Assembly (NCBI GenBank): GCA_951406725.2 | Contig: OX597814.1 | Span: 77,810,001 to 77,874,000, forward strand | Source: Octopus vulgaris | Taxonomy: Eukaryota | Direction: 5' to 3' | DNA length: 64,000 nt | Program-made: the position numbers and the translations under genes | In this document: in pieces, positions 1 through 12,574 of the stretch | Numbering within the stretch: position 1 is the first letter of the stretch | How the letters are laid out: each line of letters opens with the position of its first letter | The notes under the pieces: generated by a model | Database searches by the model: none | What the model was told of the DNA's origin: nothing | Seen by the model: the letters and a program-made list of their open reading frames with translations, nothing else

Positions 1-164
1 TTATTCCTACAGATTCTCAATAGAAATTATAGCCAGCACTGATTTTTGCTATATCATTTCATATGCAAGGTGCTAGATGTAAACAAACAATGAGATTGAA
101 GATGAAAAATGGGTAATTGACATACCTACAAATCATTAGTATTTACTTGTGATGTCATAAGAGA

Positions 165-2378
165 GAAATGTATCTGCATGGATGATGGTGCACTTGCTTT
201 TAGTGAGTCTGCAAAGAAAGAAGCTTGGAAACGCCATTATGAAAGACTGCTGAATGTAGAGAATGAATGGGAGGAGGAGAGTCTGCCAAATGTTGACCCA
301 GTTGAGGGACCAGCTACCTGAACTGACAGTACCCTGGTAGATAAAGCAATTCAGGATATGAAGGCAGGGAAAGCCTCTGGCCCATCAGGAATCACCGCTG
401 AGATGCTTAAAATATCTGGTGGTGTGGGTTATGGTCTAGTCACCCATATTGTAAATCAGGTGGTTCATGAAGGAGTCATACACAATGACTGGTATAGCAG
501 CATCATAGTCAACTGCTACAAAGGTAAAGGGGATGTCTTAGACAGAAATAATTACAGAGGTATCAAATTGTTGGATCAGGTGATGTAAGTTGTGGAGAGA
601 GTTAGTCTAGATGAGATGCAGTTTGGTTTTGTGCCAGGTAGAAGCACTACTGATGCTATATTTTTAGTAAGGCAACTGCATGAGAAATACAGAGCCAAAG
701 ATAAACCTCTGTACTTGGCTTTTGTTGACTTGGAGAAAGCTTTTGACAGAGTCCCCCAATCCCTGATCTGGTGGTCAGTGCGGAAACTAGGGATAGACGA
801 GTGGCTGGTGAGAACTATACAAGCCTTGTACAGGGATGCTACCAGTAAGGTGAGGGTGGGCAACAAGTACAGCAAAAAATTTAGGATACAAGCAGGGGTT
901 CGCCAAGGATCGGTGCTCAGCTCCTTCTTATTCATCATTGTCCTCCGGGCAGTAACAGAGGAATTCAAGACAGGCTACCCCTGGTGGCTCCTCTATGCTG
1001 ATGACCTTGCTCTTATAGCTGAATCACTACCTGAACTAGAGAAGAAGCTCCAGGTATGGAAGCAAGGTCTAGAATCAAAGGGCTTTAGAGTTAGCCTAGT
1101 AAAAACCAAAGTCATAGTAAGTAGGAAGGCAAGCAAATCACAAATCTCTTCAGGTAGATAGCCCTGCTCAATCTGTAGAAAAGGTGTTGGTAGAAACTCC
1201 ATAAGATGCACCCAGTGTAAGCTTTGGACACAGAAGGTGCAGCAACATCAGAGGAAGGTTAACAGGGAAACTAACTTTTGTATGTGGAAGATGCATAGGA
1301 ACAATAAACACTGAATATGCGCAGAAAATAGATTTCATCAACTGCCTGGGGGGGCAAGCTAGTGGTAGTAGATAGCTTCCGTTATCTAGGTGACCAAGTT
1401 AGTAGTGGAGGTGAATCCTATGAGAGCATAGCTGTGAGAATAAGATTAGGCCGAGCAAAGTTCAGAGAGCTCCTACCCCTGCTGGCAACAAAGGACCTCT
1501 CTTTCTCTCAGAGTGAAAGGCAGATTGTTTGATGCCTGTGTGCAAACAGCTATGCTGCATAGCAGTGAAACATGGGCTGTGACAGCTGAGGACATGCGTA
1601 GGCTTGAAAGAAATGAAGCCAGTATGCTCTGCTGGATATGCAATGTCAGTGGGGAGAGCGTAAGCATCTTGAGAGAAAAGTTAGGCTTAAGAGGAATCAG
1701 ATGTGGTGTGCAAGAGAGATGACTGCATTGGTTTGGTCATGTGATGCGTATGGACAAAGACAGCTCTGTAAAGAAGTGCCGATCTCTAATTGTGGAAAGA
1801 ACCCGTGGTAGAGGTAGACTCAGGAAGACATGGGACAAGTTGGTGAAGCATGATCTTCGAATTTTGAGCCTCACAGAGGCAATGACTGGTGACCAAGACC
1901 TTTGGTGATGTGCTGTGCTTGAGAGGACCTGTCCAGCCAAGTGCACCTGTACTAATGGCATGTAAAGAGCATTTTTTGAATGTTGGACCTCACTAAGGCA
2001 AAGTGGCTGAGTTCCTTACGAGTGTTGAGCCTCACAGAGGCAAAGTGGCTGAGTTCCTTTTGAGCATTGAGCCTCACAAAGGCAATGACCAAGACCATTG
2101 GCATTATGTCATGCTTGAGAGGAGGACCCACCAAGCCAAGCAGAATCACAGTTGTGGTGGATACCGGTGTCACACAAATTGGCACCCATGCCAGTATCAT
2201 GAAACCACCCCCAAGCCCTCTTCCCCCAGGTGTCACACAAATGGAACCCATATCAGTGGTATGTGAAAGCATCCATTACACTCTCAGAGTGCTTGGTGTT
2301 AGTAGTTTGGTGCAGCCTTCCAGCATGCCAGCCCAGTCAAACTGTCCAACCCATTAAATGATGATGATGATTATGATG
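165..2378 (+). mobile_element. 5'-truncated, decayed RTE-clade LINE (RT, Cys-rich insert, 3' UTR ending in (ATG)n)
   Basis: ORFs 358-588 and 592-1161 carry KASGPSGI, NYRGIKLL, QFGF, FVDLEKAFDRV, GVRQGSVLS and LYADD. A Cys-rich CSIC..CTQC segment lies near 1165-1240 and a thumb-region ORF at 1513-1722. Stops and frameshifts are present. Boundaries are approximate. Confidence 0.9.
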
Positions 2379-3142
2379 TACCAGCTTCCAGGAATGCATT
2401 TAACATGTAAATTTGTATCTCCAGTAACGTTACACTGCTATGTGTGGTGGCTTTTCAAGCAATGTGTTCAAGGATAATTAAAGGGTTAGATGGGTGTTGA
2501 GGAAGAAGAGGATGATTAATAGGTTAGATAGGTGTTGAGGAAGGGGAGGATAATTAATGGGTTAGATAGGTGTTGAGGAAGGGGCAAAAACCCCTTAAAT
2601 ATGGCATATACACCCATTACTCGTGTTTCATTTTGGATCTCATTGTTTGTTTGCATCTGATATCTTGTATACAAAACATTATAGCAAATATTAGTGCTGG
2701 CTAGAATTTCTATAGAATGTCTATAGAAATAACCTTAATAAAATAATGTAAATTGCACTGCCAATGCAGTAGAACATGGTATTGACTTAGAAAAACATTT
2801 AACATAGTATATTATGGTTGCATAACGAAATACCAGGTACTTACAAATCATTATGATAGATGTCAGTGTCTTTCATTTCTTTGGAATGTATATATATTTT
2901 GTGTTTGTTAATTTTCTGAAAACTCATCATCATTACCATCAATGAAAAATAAATATGTTATTCACTGCTGAGTACGTCACAAGAGAACAACTTTTCCCTG
3001 ATATGACAACACACTCAGATCCTTGGCACAAGGGATTCTAACAAAGCCATCTCGTTAACATTTTAATTTATTCCATCACTTCAACTTATTCTTCCCTTTA
3101 TCCTTTTAATAAGATTTTATTATTTAATTTGTTTGTCTAAAG

Positions 3143-3374
3143 CTGCAGTATGAAAGTCAGATTGAAACATTGGAAGAAACTGTTAAGAAGTTACAGCATC
3201 AAGCTATTTTGGGTCGTTGTACAGTTTGCAAGAAACCATCATCTGAAGAGATGCCAGAAGAACCAAAAACAAGTGAAAATACAGCGGAAGATAATTCAGA
3301 AACTACAATTAAAGAATTACAGCAAAATGTTGACCAACTGCAGTCTGAAGTGCAAAAATATAAAGAAGAAGATG
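3143..3374 (+). CDS. CEP162: CEP162-like internal coding exon (first seen in window)
   Basis: AG at 3141-3142 (an alternative in-frame CAG lies at 3146-3148). Open coiled-coil frame LQYESQIETLEETVKKLQ..KYKEED, then G|GTAAGT donor. Phase 1 matches the next exon. Confidence 0.75.
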
Positions 3375-3626
3375 GTAAGTCATTTTATATTGGTCTTGTG
3401 TATTTAAACAACTAACTAGATTTATAGAAGCATTTATCTCATGATAATATGGAACAGGGCATGTTGTAAAATTCTGTAAAAACAGGCATGGCTGTGTAGT
3501 AAGAAGTTTGTTTCTCAATCACATGATCCTGGGTTCTATTCCACTTTGCAGCACTTTGGGTAAGTGTCTTCTACTATGAACCTGGGGCTGAGTGGATTTG
3601 GAGATGGAAACTGAAAGAACCCCATC

Positions 3627-3696
<70 letters not shown>

Positions 3697-4160
3697 ATGT
3701 ATGTTTTCTTCAAGTTGTTTATGGAAGACCAGCAATTGCCAGTGCATACCAGCTTCCCTGCTCCACACCACTGATGTTATCCAAGGGAAAGGCAAAGGCC
3801 GATACAGCTTAGCAGCAGTGACCTCACAACTCATTTCTACAGCTGAATGAACTGGAGCAATGTGAAATAAAGTGTCTTGCTCAAGAACACAATACACAGT
3901 CTGGTCTGGGAATCAGACTCACTACCTCATAATTGTGAGCCCAACGCTCTAACCACTGAGCCATGTGCCTTCTATTGGTATGTTTTTACATAGGCAGAAG
4001 GTAGGGAGAGAAGTGTCTAAATGAATGTGGTATTTAGTTACCAGCACAAAGATTTTGAGTTCAGTTCTTATGAAGGAATTATATTTTTAGAGAGAAAATT
4101 TGGCCTTACATCTTCAGAATTGGTAATATTTCTTGTTTTCTTTGTCTTTTGTTTTTCCAG

Positions 4161-4358
4161 ATAACTTGCATGCTCTGCTGCAGAAAAGCCAAAACAAAGA
4201 GACTCAGTTGCAAAACAAGATGCATGTTTTACAGCAGCAGTTAGATACCAGTAATAATCAAGTTGCAACACTGCGCTGTATGTTTAGTAAACTTCAAAAC
4301 GAAAAACAAACTTTGTTGAGACAACAGCTTATTAAAAAGCCAACATCAACAAATGAAG
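4161..4358 (+). CDS. CEP162: CEP162-like internal coding exon
   Basis: Strong polypyrimidine tract plus CCAG acceptor. Reads (D)NLHALLQKSQNKETQLQNK..PTSTNE, then G|GTCTGT donor. Phase 1 in and phase 1 out. Confidence 0.75.
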
Positions 4359-4603
4359 GTCTGTATGTGTATGTGTGTATATGTGTCTGGTTGTGTGTGT
4401 GTGTTTGCATTTTCATTTCATGTTGTACTTTGTTGAATATTTGAATGTTATTTTTGGTATAGGTATGGTTGTGTAGCAAGAATTTTGCTTCCCATGATTC
4501 GTGGTTCAATTCCACTGTATGGCACCTTGAGCAAGTGTCTTATGCTATAACCCCAGGCTGACCAAAGTCTTGTTACTGGATTTGTGGATGAAAACTGAAA
4601 GAC

Positions 4604-4645
<42 letters not shown>

Positions 4646-4662
4646 CATACATATATATACAT

Positions 4663-5058
4663 ACTAGCAGTATCACCCGGCGTTGCTCGGGTTTGTAAGG
4701 GAAATAATTATATAAGCATTTTTAGAGATGTAAAGTATAATAGCCATCTGAATATGGCTAACCACAAAGGGGGAGGGGTGTTACTGTAGCTTTTTACGTT
4801 CTGAGATTTAATAATAAAATTTAGAGAGTTACTTCCCTTATATATGTCAAAAATGGATTAAAAATGGGAAAAATTGATGGTAAATTTTTTTTAAAATCGT
4901 AGACTCATCGTAGACGCGCGCTAATACCCAGACGGTCTCGATATGAATCACGACTATAAGATACCCGGTTTTGGTTAAACTGCACCGCAAAATGTGGGAG
5001 TAGTTAGGAATCTAAATCGTAGGAGACAGACACACAACCTCACTTTTATATATAAAGA
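4663..5058 (-). mobile_element. Non-autonomous Helitron (~400 bp)
   Basis: On the minus strand it begins A|TCTTTATATATAAAAG and ends CCCGAGCAACGCCGGG..CTAG|T (hairpin plus CTAG, AT target). A near-identical copy lies at 62087-62483. Confidence 0.85.
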
Positions 5059-5121
5059 TTTCCTCTATTTACATAATATTGAGGTGTCTTTCTTTCTTTT
5101 GTTATCTTACTGTTTTTACCA

Positions 5122-5158
<37 letters not shown>

Positions 5159-5360
5159 TATATATAGTTACAGAGATGTACTTGCATAGCAAGTGACTTG
5201 ATCTGAGATCGGGTGCTGGAACGAAAACAGTTGCAGCGTTGAAGGTGTTTATAAGCCATTTAAGAAACACACAAAAACCGTTAGATTCACTTCAACATTT
5301 AAATTTAATTTGTCAAAATATTTTCGTCGCCTTGAGACCGCGACCTGTTAGCACGATATT

Positions 5361-5411
5361 TTTGTCAGTGAACAGGTCGCGGTCTCAAAGCGACGAAAAT
5401 ATTTTGGCAAA
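5361..5411 (+). ncRNA. Candidate minimal type I hammerhead ribozyme, G3:C8 core variant
   Basis: Stem I TTTGTCA/TGGCAAA, core GTGAACA, stem II GTCGC/GCGAC, GAAA, palindromic stem III AATATT, predicted UUU site. Folded by eye. Confidence 0.6.
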
Positions 5412-5849
5412 TTAAATTTAAATGTTGAAGTGAATGTAACGGTTTTTGTGTGTTTCTTAAATGGCTTACAAACACCTTCCAGGCTGCAATATATATATAC
5501 ACACATATATATATATGTATGTATGTATGTATGTGTGTATATGTGTATGCATGTATGTGTGTGTGTGTGCGTGTCTGTGCTTGTGATTGTCCTCCACCAC
5601 TGCTTGACAACGAATGTTGGTTTGTTTACATCCCTGTCACCTAGTGGTTTGACAAAGGAAACAGATAGAATAAGTACAATGCTTACAAAAATAAAACTGG
5701 AGTTGATTCATTAAACTACAATTCTTCAAGGCATTGCCCCAGCATGGCCACAGACCAATGGCTGGAAAAAGCAGAAGAATAAAAGAATACATTCTCTGTT
5801 TGGTCTTATGTTCAAGGCATGAGAAAGCTTGAGTTTACATGAGAAGGCC

Positions 5850-6335
5850 TAACAGACCTGGTAGAAACAGCAGCCAAATCTCCCTCAAATCACACCTTAC
5901 TGTGTTATGTATGTATATATATATGAGCCAATGAGGGGGACCTCTACATGGTAGCTAGACCTGGTAGAAATAGCAGCCAAATTTCCCCCAAATCACACCT
6001 TACTGTCTTATCTATGTATATATGTATGTATGAGCCTATGAGGGAGACCCCTACATGGCAGCTAGACCTGGTAGAAATAGCAGCCAAATTTCCCCCAAAT
6101 CACACCTTACTGTCTTATCTATGTATATATGTATGTATGAGCCTATGAGGGAGACCCCTACATGGCAGCTAGACCTGGTAGAAATAGCAGTCAAATTTTC
6201 CCCAAATCACACCTTACTGTCTTATCTATGTATATATGTATGTATGAGCCTATGAGGGAGACCCCTACATGGCAGCTAGACATGGTAGAAATAGCAGCCA
6301 AATCTCCCTCAAATCACACCTTACTGTCTTATCTT
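5850..6335 (+). repeat. Tandem array of ~4.5 x 107-bp units
   Basis: Near-identical ORFs start at 5948, 6055, 6162 and 6269 (period 107). The unit contains GTAGAAATAGCAGCCAAAT..AAATCACACC. Confidence 0.95.
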
Positions 6336-6374
6336 TCTGCTACTTGGATATAGGTGTTATATTCCTCGTAAAAA

Positions 6375-6826
6375 ACTTTCCTGTCACACACTCACGCACA
6401 CGCACACACACACACACACGCACCCTCACACACACACACACGCGCACACCCACACACACACGCACGTTAGCTTACAATTTTATTTATATATTTGCGTGTC
6501 TATGTGTTGAAAGAGGAAGTGGGAGGCAGAGTGAAAGAATCACTCACTACAGTAAGTCAATTACTTTCATTTTATTCGTTGCCCACTGTGTGTGTGCGTT
6601 TGCGTGTGCTGTAAACCAGACTAAGAAAAGCATTTAACACACACACCAGAATGTGAGTTTTCTGTAAATTTTGCTTAATTGGAGTTTAAATTTTAAAAAC
6701 TGGACCTGGCATGACGCGATGCATTGTACTCTTAAAAATGCAAGGTAAATTGTAATTGAAGAAATCCTATATTGTAGATTTGTATAACTCCCAAAGGGAG
6801 GCAGATAAAATCTGCCTTTTATAATA

Positions 6827-6831
<5 letters not shown>
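6375..6831 (-). mobile_element. 5' fragment of the same Helitron family as 28832-35351
   Basis: 6630-6831 aligns by eye with 35135-35351, including the A|TCTCTTATTATAAAAGG terminus. 6380-6540 resembles 34590-34830. Confidence 0.85.
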
Positions 6832-6875
<44 letters not shown>

Positions 6876-7694
6876 AATCCACACACACACTCACATGTCT
6901 ATGTATGTGCATGTGTACATGTTTGTATGTATATGTGTGTGTTGCTGTTTCCTTACATTAACATCATGTGATAATTGCAAATAAATGTTTCTACCATGTA
7001 AATGGTGTCCTTCATTCCCTATTTTCCATGGAAAGCATATTTAGTTGTGGGGGAAATATTTCCTTATTTAGAAACAGATAAAAGCTCATGGCAGGAAGGG
7101 TATCCAGCTATAGAAAATCCACCTCAACAAATCCCCTCTGAACCATATAAGCATGGAAAAGTGGACAGTAAAATGATGATGATGATGTTGTGTATCAAAT
7201 AGCATAGAATTAATTATGTATGTTGTAATTGCACAAACAGTTAAGTGGGTGATATCTTGGTCCTTGAAATCTAAAAGCTACAAGATAATGCATAATTAAT
7301 TCAAAACAATGTGAATAAATTTGACCAAGTAATCCGAATGCAAAAGGGTTAAGGAGTTTCTGAAAGAATTATAGCAAACTTCTTAAACAATAATTTGTAT
7401 TTAGTTCCTGTTGTTCTATTTGTCTCATATGACATTTCATCGTATATAACATCCAATTTTGTGCTATATTATTTACAAGGAGCCATTGCTGTACATTATA
7501 ATACACCATGCAAAATAAAATTAAAAAAACAAACACATTTGTTGATAGTATGAGTATCTTATACAGAATTCCAAGAAGAAAAATAAACAAAGATTAACCA
7601 CAAAGTTTTATTAAAAGCAAAATGCAAAGTAAAAATTAACACACACTAAATTATGAAAGTTATCATAAATTAACTGTTAAACAATTTTAAATAT

Positions 7695-8110
7695 AGTGAG
7701 TTGATTGAACTCTGTGAAAACAGTGGATGGAAGGCAGTATGCCTTCTTGTAGAGATAAGTTTTAGAGGATTTGTTGGAACCAGGCTTCATTCAGTTCTCT
7801 GGAGTCTTAGACTAACTGTGAAGGAGACAAAAGATGTTGCCAGAAAATTGCTGGAAGCCACTGAAAAAGTGAACTATTATACTTGGCTCAAGAGAGGAGA
7901 AGTATGGTGCAGCAAGGACAAGCGTATAGGATGGTAGAAAGATCTGGTCCAGAATTGCAACATTTGACTCAATAAAACTCATGCTGTTGTATGGGAGTTA
8001 TGTAGCCTATACCAGTGGGTGAATGTGGACAGCTCTGGTGTTAAGGGGTTGAAATACCTACAGAGTAGCTTCTGATGAGGCATCAACTCCTGCATTCGAA
8101 GATACAGTAC
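7695..8110 (+). mobile_element. 3' fragment of a restriction-like-endonuclease LINE (HERO/NeSL-like)
   Basis: ORF 7701-7937 GWKA..LVEISFRGFVG..EATEK..YTWLKR matches the C-terminal RLE pattern GW.A..PVEVG.RGF..AE.AS.W.W.KR. Confidence 0.6.
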
Positions 8111-8713
8111 ATCAACACCCTCTGTACAACAAATGTTTACCCTAAATCTCATCATCCTTTGCTAACTAATTGCAAAATGTGCCTACTGTACATCACCATA
8201 ACTGTCATTTCATGCAGGTGATGAAGTTGAGAAGGTCTTGATAGATTAAGGGATTTAGGAACACCATGCTCCAAGCTAAACATAAAAGATTGATAAACAA
8301 ATATGAAAAATCTTTAATAGGAAAGATTAAACTTGAACACAATCAGATCTTCAAAATAACAACCACAAACTCCCTCACACATTCACACACACATACTCTC
8401 TCTCTCTCTTTTAAGAGAGAGAGAAAGAAAGAAAGAGAGAGAGAGAGTGGGGGCAAAGCTGTGTGGTTAAGAAGTTTGCCTCATGGTTTTGGGTTAAATC
8501 TCACTGCATGGAACCTTTGGCTTGGTGGTTAAGAGCCTTGAGTTGACTAAAACCTTGTGAGTGAAATGTGGTACATAGAAACTGAAGAAAGTTATCATCT
8601 TGTGTTCAAACAAATATTGTTATATTTAGGCATGGTCATATTTTTGCCAATTGACCACATGCACCATACACTTGGTTTTCACAAAGGTATTATGACCCAG
8701 CTTAAATATAACA

Positions 8714-8753
<40 letters not shown>

Positions 8754-9353
8754 ATATATATATGGATATATGTTTGTGTGTGAGTCTCTGTGTTAGTGTA
8801 TACTAATGTAAATCACTGCATTGAATTGTAGTCATTTACATCAAACACTAATTTAGCTGTTTGATCCTTAGATATTGGTAAAATAGTACCATAAGTCTTC
8901 TTTTTCAAGTGGCAGAATTTGAATAGTGTTGTGAAACACTACTCTAGAAATATTCCTCCTCCCCCCAGCAACTATTAGCCTTGGCAGGTCTTCAGTTTTA
9001 TTTTGAGTGTGGTTGATTGATTTTCTTTCTCTATTAGGGTGTGGAAGTCTCCAAAATATAATGTCTGATATGGCCTGATGTTCAGCATGATAGTGGTGGC
9101 CAGTAAGGCCTACTGAAGTTCAACAATTGTAGAGATGGGTGGAATATGAAAATTCTGGTTTTTAAAAATGCTGTTTCTTTGTATGATTCACACATGATTA
9201 GATAATCTAAAAAATATAAAATATGAAACTTGCCCCTCCTCTATATTTCATTGATTGTTGTAAAGTATTTTGTTAACTGCACTTTAGTGAACCTTGCAGT
9301 GTTTGGGTCAGTATTAGTCAGAGTTTTCCTCTATATCCTATATTCATTTACAG

Positions 9354-9508
9354 AATTGAATAAGAAAGCCTCAAAACTACCTCAAAAGTCTAAGAAATCA
9401 GATGTAATTGATGTTGGAAGCATTTTGGCTGGCAAAGAAGAAAAAATTATCAGTGTGATTGAAGTTCCTGAAGATATATTGAAAGAAAATGAATTGTTAA
9501 AAATTAAG
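9354..9508 (+). CDS. CEP162: CEP162-like internal coding exon
   Basis: TTTACAG acceptor. Reads (E)LNKKASK..EDILKENELLKIK, then AAG|GTAAAG donor. Phase 1 in, phase 0 out. Confidence 0.8.
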
Positions 9509-11343
9509 GTAAAGCAGTTTTGGTGAAATAGCTAAAGATGCAGAATTGATTTTTAAAGTTAACAGCCCTTCCATAGATCAATAGTTGTTGTTTAGCTTCA
9601 AGCCTGTTTTGATTGTGCTGAGGTATTCCAGCTGTAACCATTCCATCTTTCATTTAGTCAGTGTACATAGAACTATTTTATCCATACATCCTCCTTACCA
9701 TTTTTAAGCAGGAAGGTGTGGTTGAAGGATATTTGGCTGCTATTTCAAGCAGTGTGAGTGACCACAAAGAGACTCCCTTATTGGTTTATTACTTTGTAGT
9801 TTTTGAATTAAGATGATGCTGTTAGTTTGTAAAATATGAATTGAAGGAGATTTAGTTCTTATTTCTACAGGGTGGACAACTATATACAGTGCCCTTCAGC
9901 TTGTCTGATATAATGTTGAACTGTACAGTTAAGAGCTGAAACCTTGAAAATTTCACATGGCTCTTTTGGTTAAAAATATGTTACATCATAACTCAAAAAC
10001 TTTTGAATTTTTTGAGATTCTTTGAGAAATTTTGAGGTTTTGTGAATTATCCTAGAAACATTTTCTTTGAGGATATTTTGAAGTTTGTGAAGTTTATTAA
10101 GCTTTTAAGAAATTTTTCTTTAAGTATTTTTTCCTTTTTCTTTTTCTTTAAGCAATTTTAAAAATTTCTTTAAAAAAGAAATTTCATAAAGAAAATATTA
10201 TTTAAAGAAATTCTCTTAAGAACTTTCACCTTTTCTTGTCCTGTTCTTAATTGCTTTTTAACTTGTTTTAATTTCCCTTTAATTTATTCAGTTACAGTAT
10301 TCTCTTCTTTTCTCTTCCTAGCCTCTCCTACTAACAGTATTGCCCTGTTGTCTTACTATACTAAATATATTATCATACATTGGCTCTATGTGAGGCTCTA
10401 ATCTATGACATATGTATTTGTACATATATATATATATATATATATACAACTGGAACTCCATTGGCTATGACAGCTTGCTGATGAAATTAATGTGCAAGTG
10501 GCTGAGCACTCCACAGACACATGTGCCCTTCACACTGTTCTCAGGGAAATTCAGTGTGACGCAGAATGTGACAAAGCTGGTCTTGGATTACAGGTACAAC
10601 TTAGAATTACAGGTACAATTCATTTTTGCCAGCTGAGTAGACTGGAACAATGTGAAATAAAGTGTCTTGCTCAAGGACACAACATACCACTAGGAGTTGA
10701 ATTCACAACCTTATGATTGTGAGTTGAATGCCCTAACCACCAAGCCATGTGCTTTCACAGTTGGGTCCTTAACAGTAAAAGAGGGCAGCCGACTATATTG
10801 TGTTTGCTCAAAAAATTTGCACAGAAATTTGCTCAAGTCACACATCTAGTTTGTGAAAAATTATGTATTTCTTTTGGTTAGGTACGAGGAAAATTTTGAT
10901 GTGAGAAGGTTATAATTGAATGACTTTTATTCTGTTACATCCTAGTCGTCGTCGTCGTCGTCGTCGTCGGTGGTGGCGGCAGCGGCCCTGGGCATTACTG
11001 TTTCAAATCCCAGAGCTTATAGGACCAATTACCCAGCTTGCATGGTGTATAAGTGACCGAGATACACAACACTTCCCCTGAACAGGACACCAGTCTACCG
11101 CAGGCTTACTCATTCACAGCTGTGTGAACTGGAGCAATGTAAAGTGAAATGTTTTGCTCAAGAACCTTATGCACATCCTACTCTGGGAATCGAAACAATG
11201 ATCTTGCAATTGTCAGTGCAACACACTAATCAATTGGCCATGCATCTTCATAATCTGTTACAGAAATTTATTTTATTGCTTGCTATGACGTTTATACAAA
11301 GGAGTGAAATAGAGTAACGTACTGCAAGAGACCTTAGTCTTAA

Positions 11344-12426
11344 CCCTTTCGTTACTATATTTCTGACCAAATTACACCCCTTATGTGTTTCAATTAATTT
11401 CTAATGTAATCATAAATTTAGTCTGGTTTCATTAAACAACTATAACTTTTTTATTTATCGATATATTAATCTGATTTTTGGAAGATAATTTAATGAAATA
11501 TTCTCAACCAATTCTATACTATAATTTTTGTCACAAAGTGACTCTAATTGCAGGTAGATACAGGTAAATTCAACAAAATATAAAATTATTAAAATTTTGT
11601 TCAAACATTGCTATAGAAAATGGGTTATTAGCTAATATTCAATTGTGTATACAACAAAATTTTACGATAGAATTTGTTATTCTGGGTAACTTTCTGATAC
11701 CCATAATAATATTTATGGCAAAATAGTCTTAATTTCATTTAAGGTTGTGGGAAACCACAAACTATCGTTTCTTTCGCTTTGTGTACGTTTAGCGTAACGG
11801 TTCGTTCCCGCCGTAATGATTTCAAATAGGCTCATTCGAAAAAGTAAATAGAAATAGTCTAAGGCTTTACCCTTCTGGGAAAATCTGTGGCTTGGTCCAG
11901 TTTCTTCAGAAAAATCACCGGAAGAAACAGTTTTTAAATTTTCACTCCATTCGGGTGCCAATTCATTTTCTTTATCGCTGTCGATCTCGGATTCACAGTT
12001 TTCACTTTCGGAAAATGAAACATCAGATTCATTATCAAATACCACATGCTTTTTTTTTTCAGTCATAGAGTTAGATTTATGAAGGTCTTCAGTAGAAAAT
12101 CCTTCGAATTCTGACTCGCTGCTTGATATAATGAAATTCGTATCCATTTTTTGTCAGAATTACAAATTTTGAAAACACAATAGGAACAAATTTCGGAAAA
12201 AAATCTCCCATAATTCACGGAATTAAAATTACACTTCGATTATTGTACAAAACTGTAGTTGAACTCTTTACGAAGTATAAAACGTGTTTTCACGAATGTA
12301 CTAAAGTGATTTGCTCTGATATTCTCATTTAAATATGAATAGGTAAATTCGGGCGGCTTTGGGCGGTTTGGTTTCATTAACCAAAATTTTTTTCGGGCGG
12401 CTTTGGGCGGTTTGGTAACGAAAGGG
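11344..12426 (-). mobile_element. piggyBac internal-deletion derivative
   Basis: TTAA on both flanks (11340-11343 and 12427-12430). Perfect 12-bp TIR CCCTTTCGTTAC/GTAACGAAAGGG. ORF 11713-12147 has an acidic N-terminus plus DYFYLLF..TNRYA..WFPTT..EIK (PGBD-type N-terminus). Duplicated subterminal TTCGGGCGGCTTTGGGCGGTTTGGT. Confidence 0.92.
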
Positions 12427-12466
12427 TTAATGACTTTCTAAAGTATTATAGATTTATTCTTTTTAG

Positions 12467-12574
12467 GTGGAACAGCTTCAGTTGTCTCTGGAACATCAAA
12501 AAGTTGATATGATGAAGTCTTCAGCAGAATTGGAAGCAGATATTCGGAAAACACATGAACATTATCAAGACGAG
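12467..12574 (+). CDS. CEP162: CEP162-like internal coding exon
   Basis: TTTTTAG acceptor. Reads VEQLQLSLEHQKVDMMKSSAELEADIRKTHEHYQDE, then GAG|GTAATT. 108 nt, phase 0/0. Confidence 0.85.

Noticed and set aside
8040-8095. Type II hammerhead (GAAA..CTGATGA) in the HERO-like 3' UTR
   Set aside because: Stems II and III cannot be formed convincingly.
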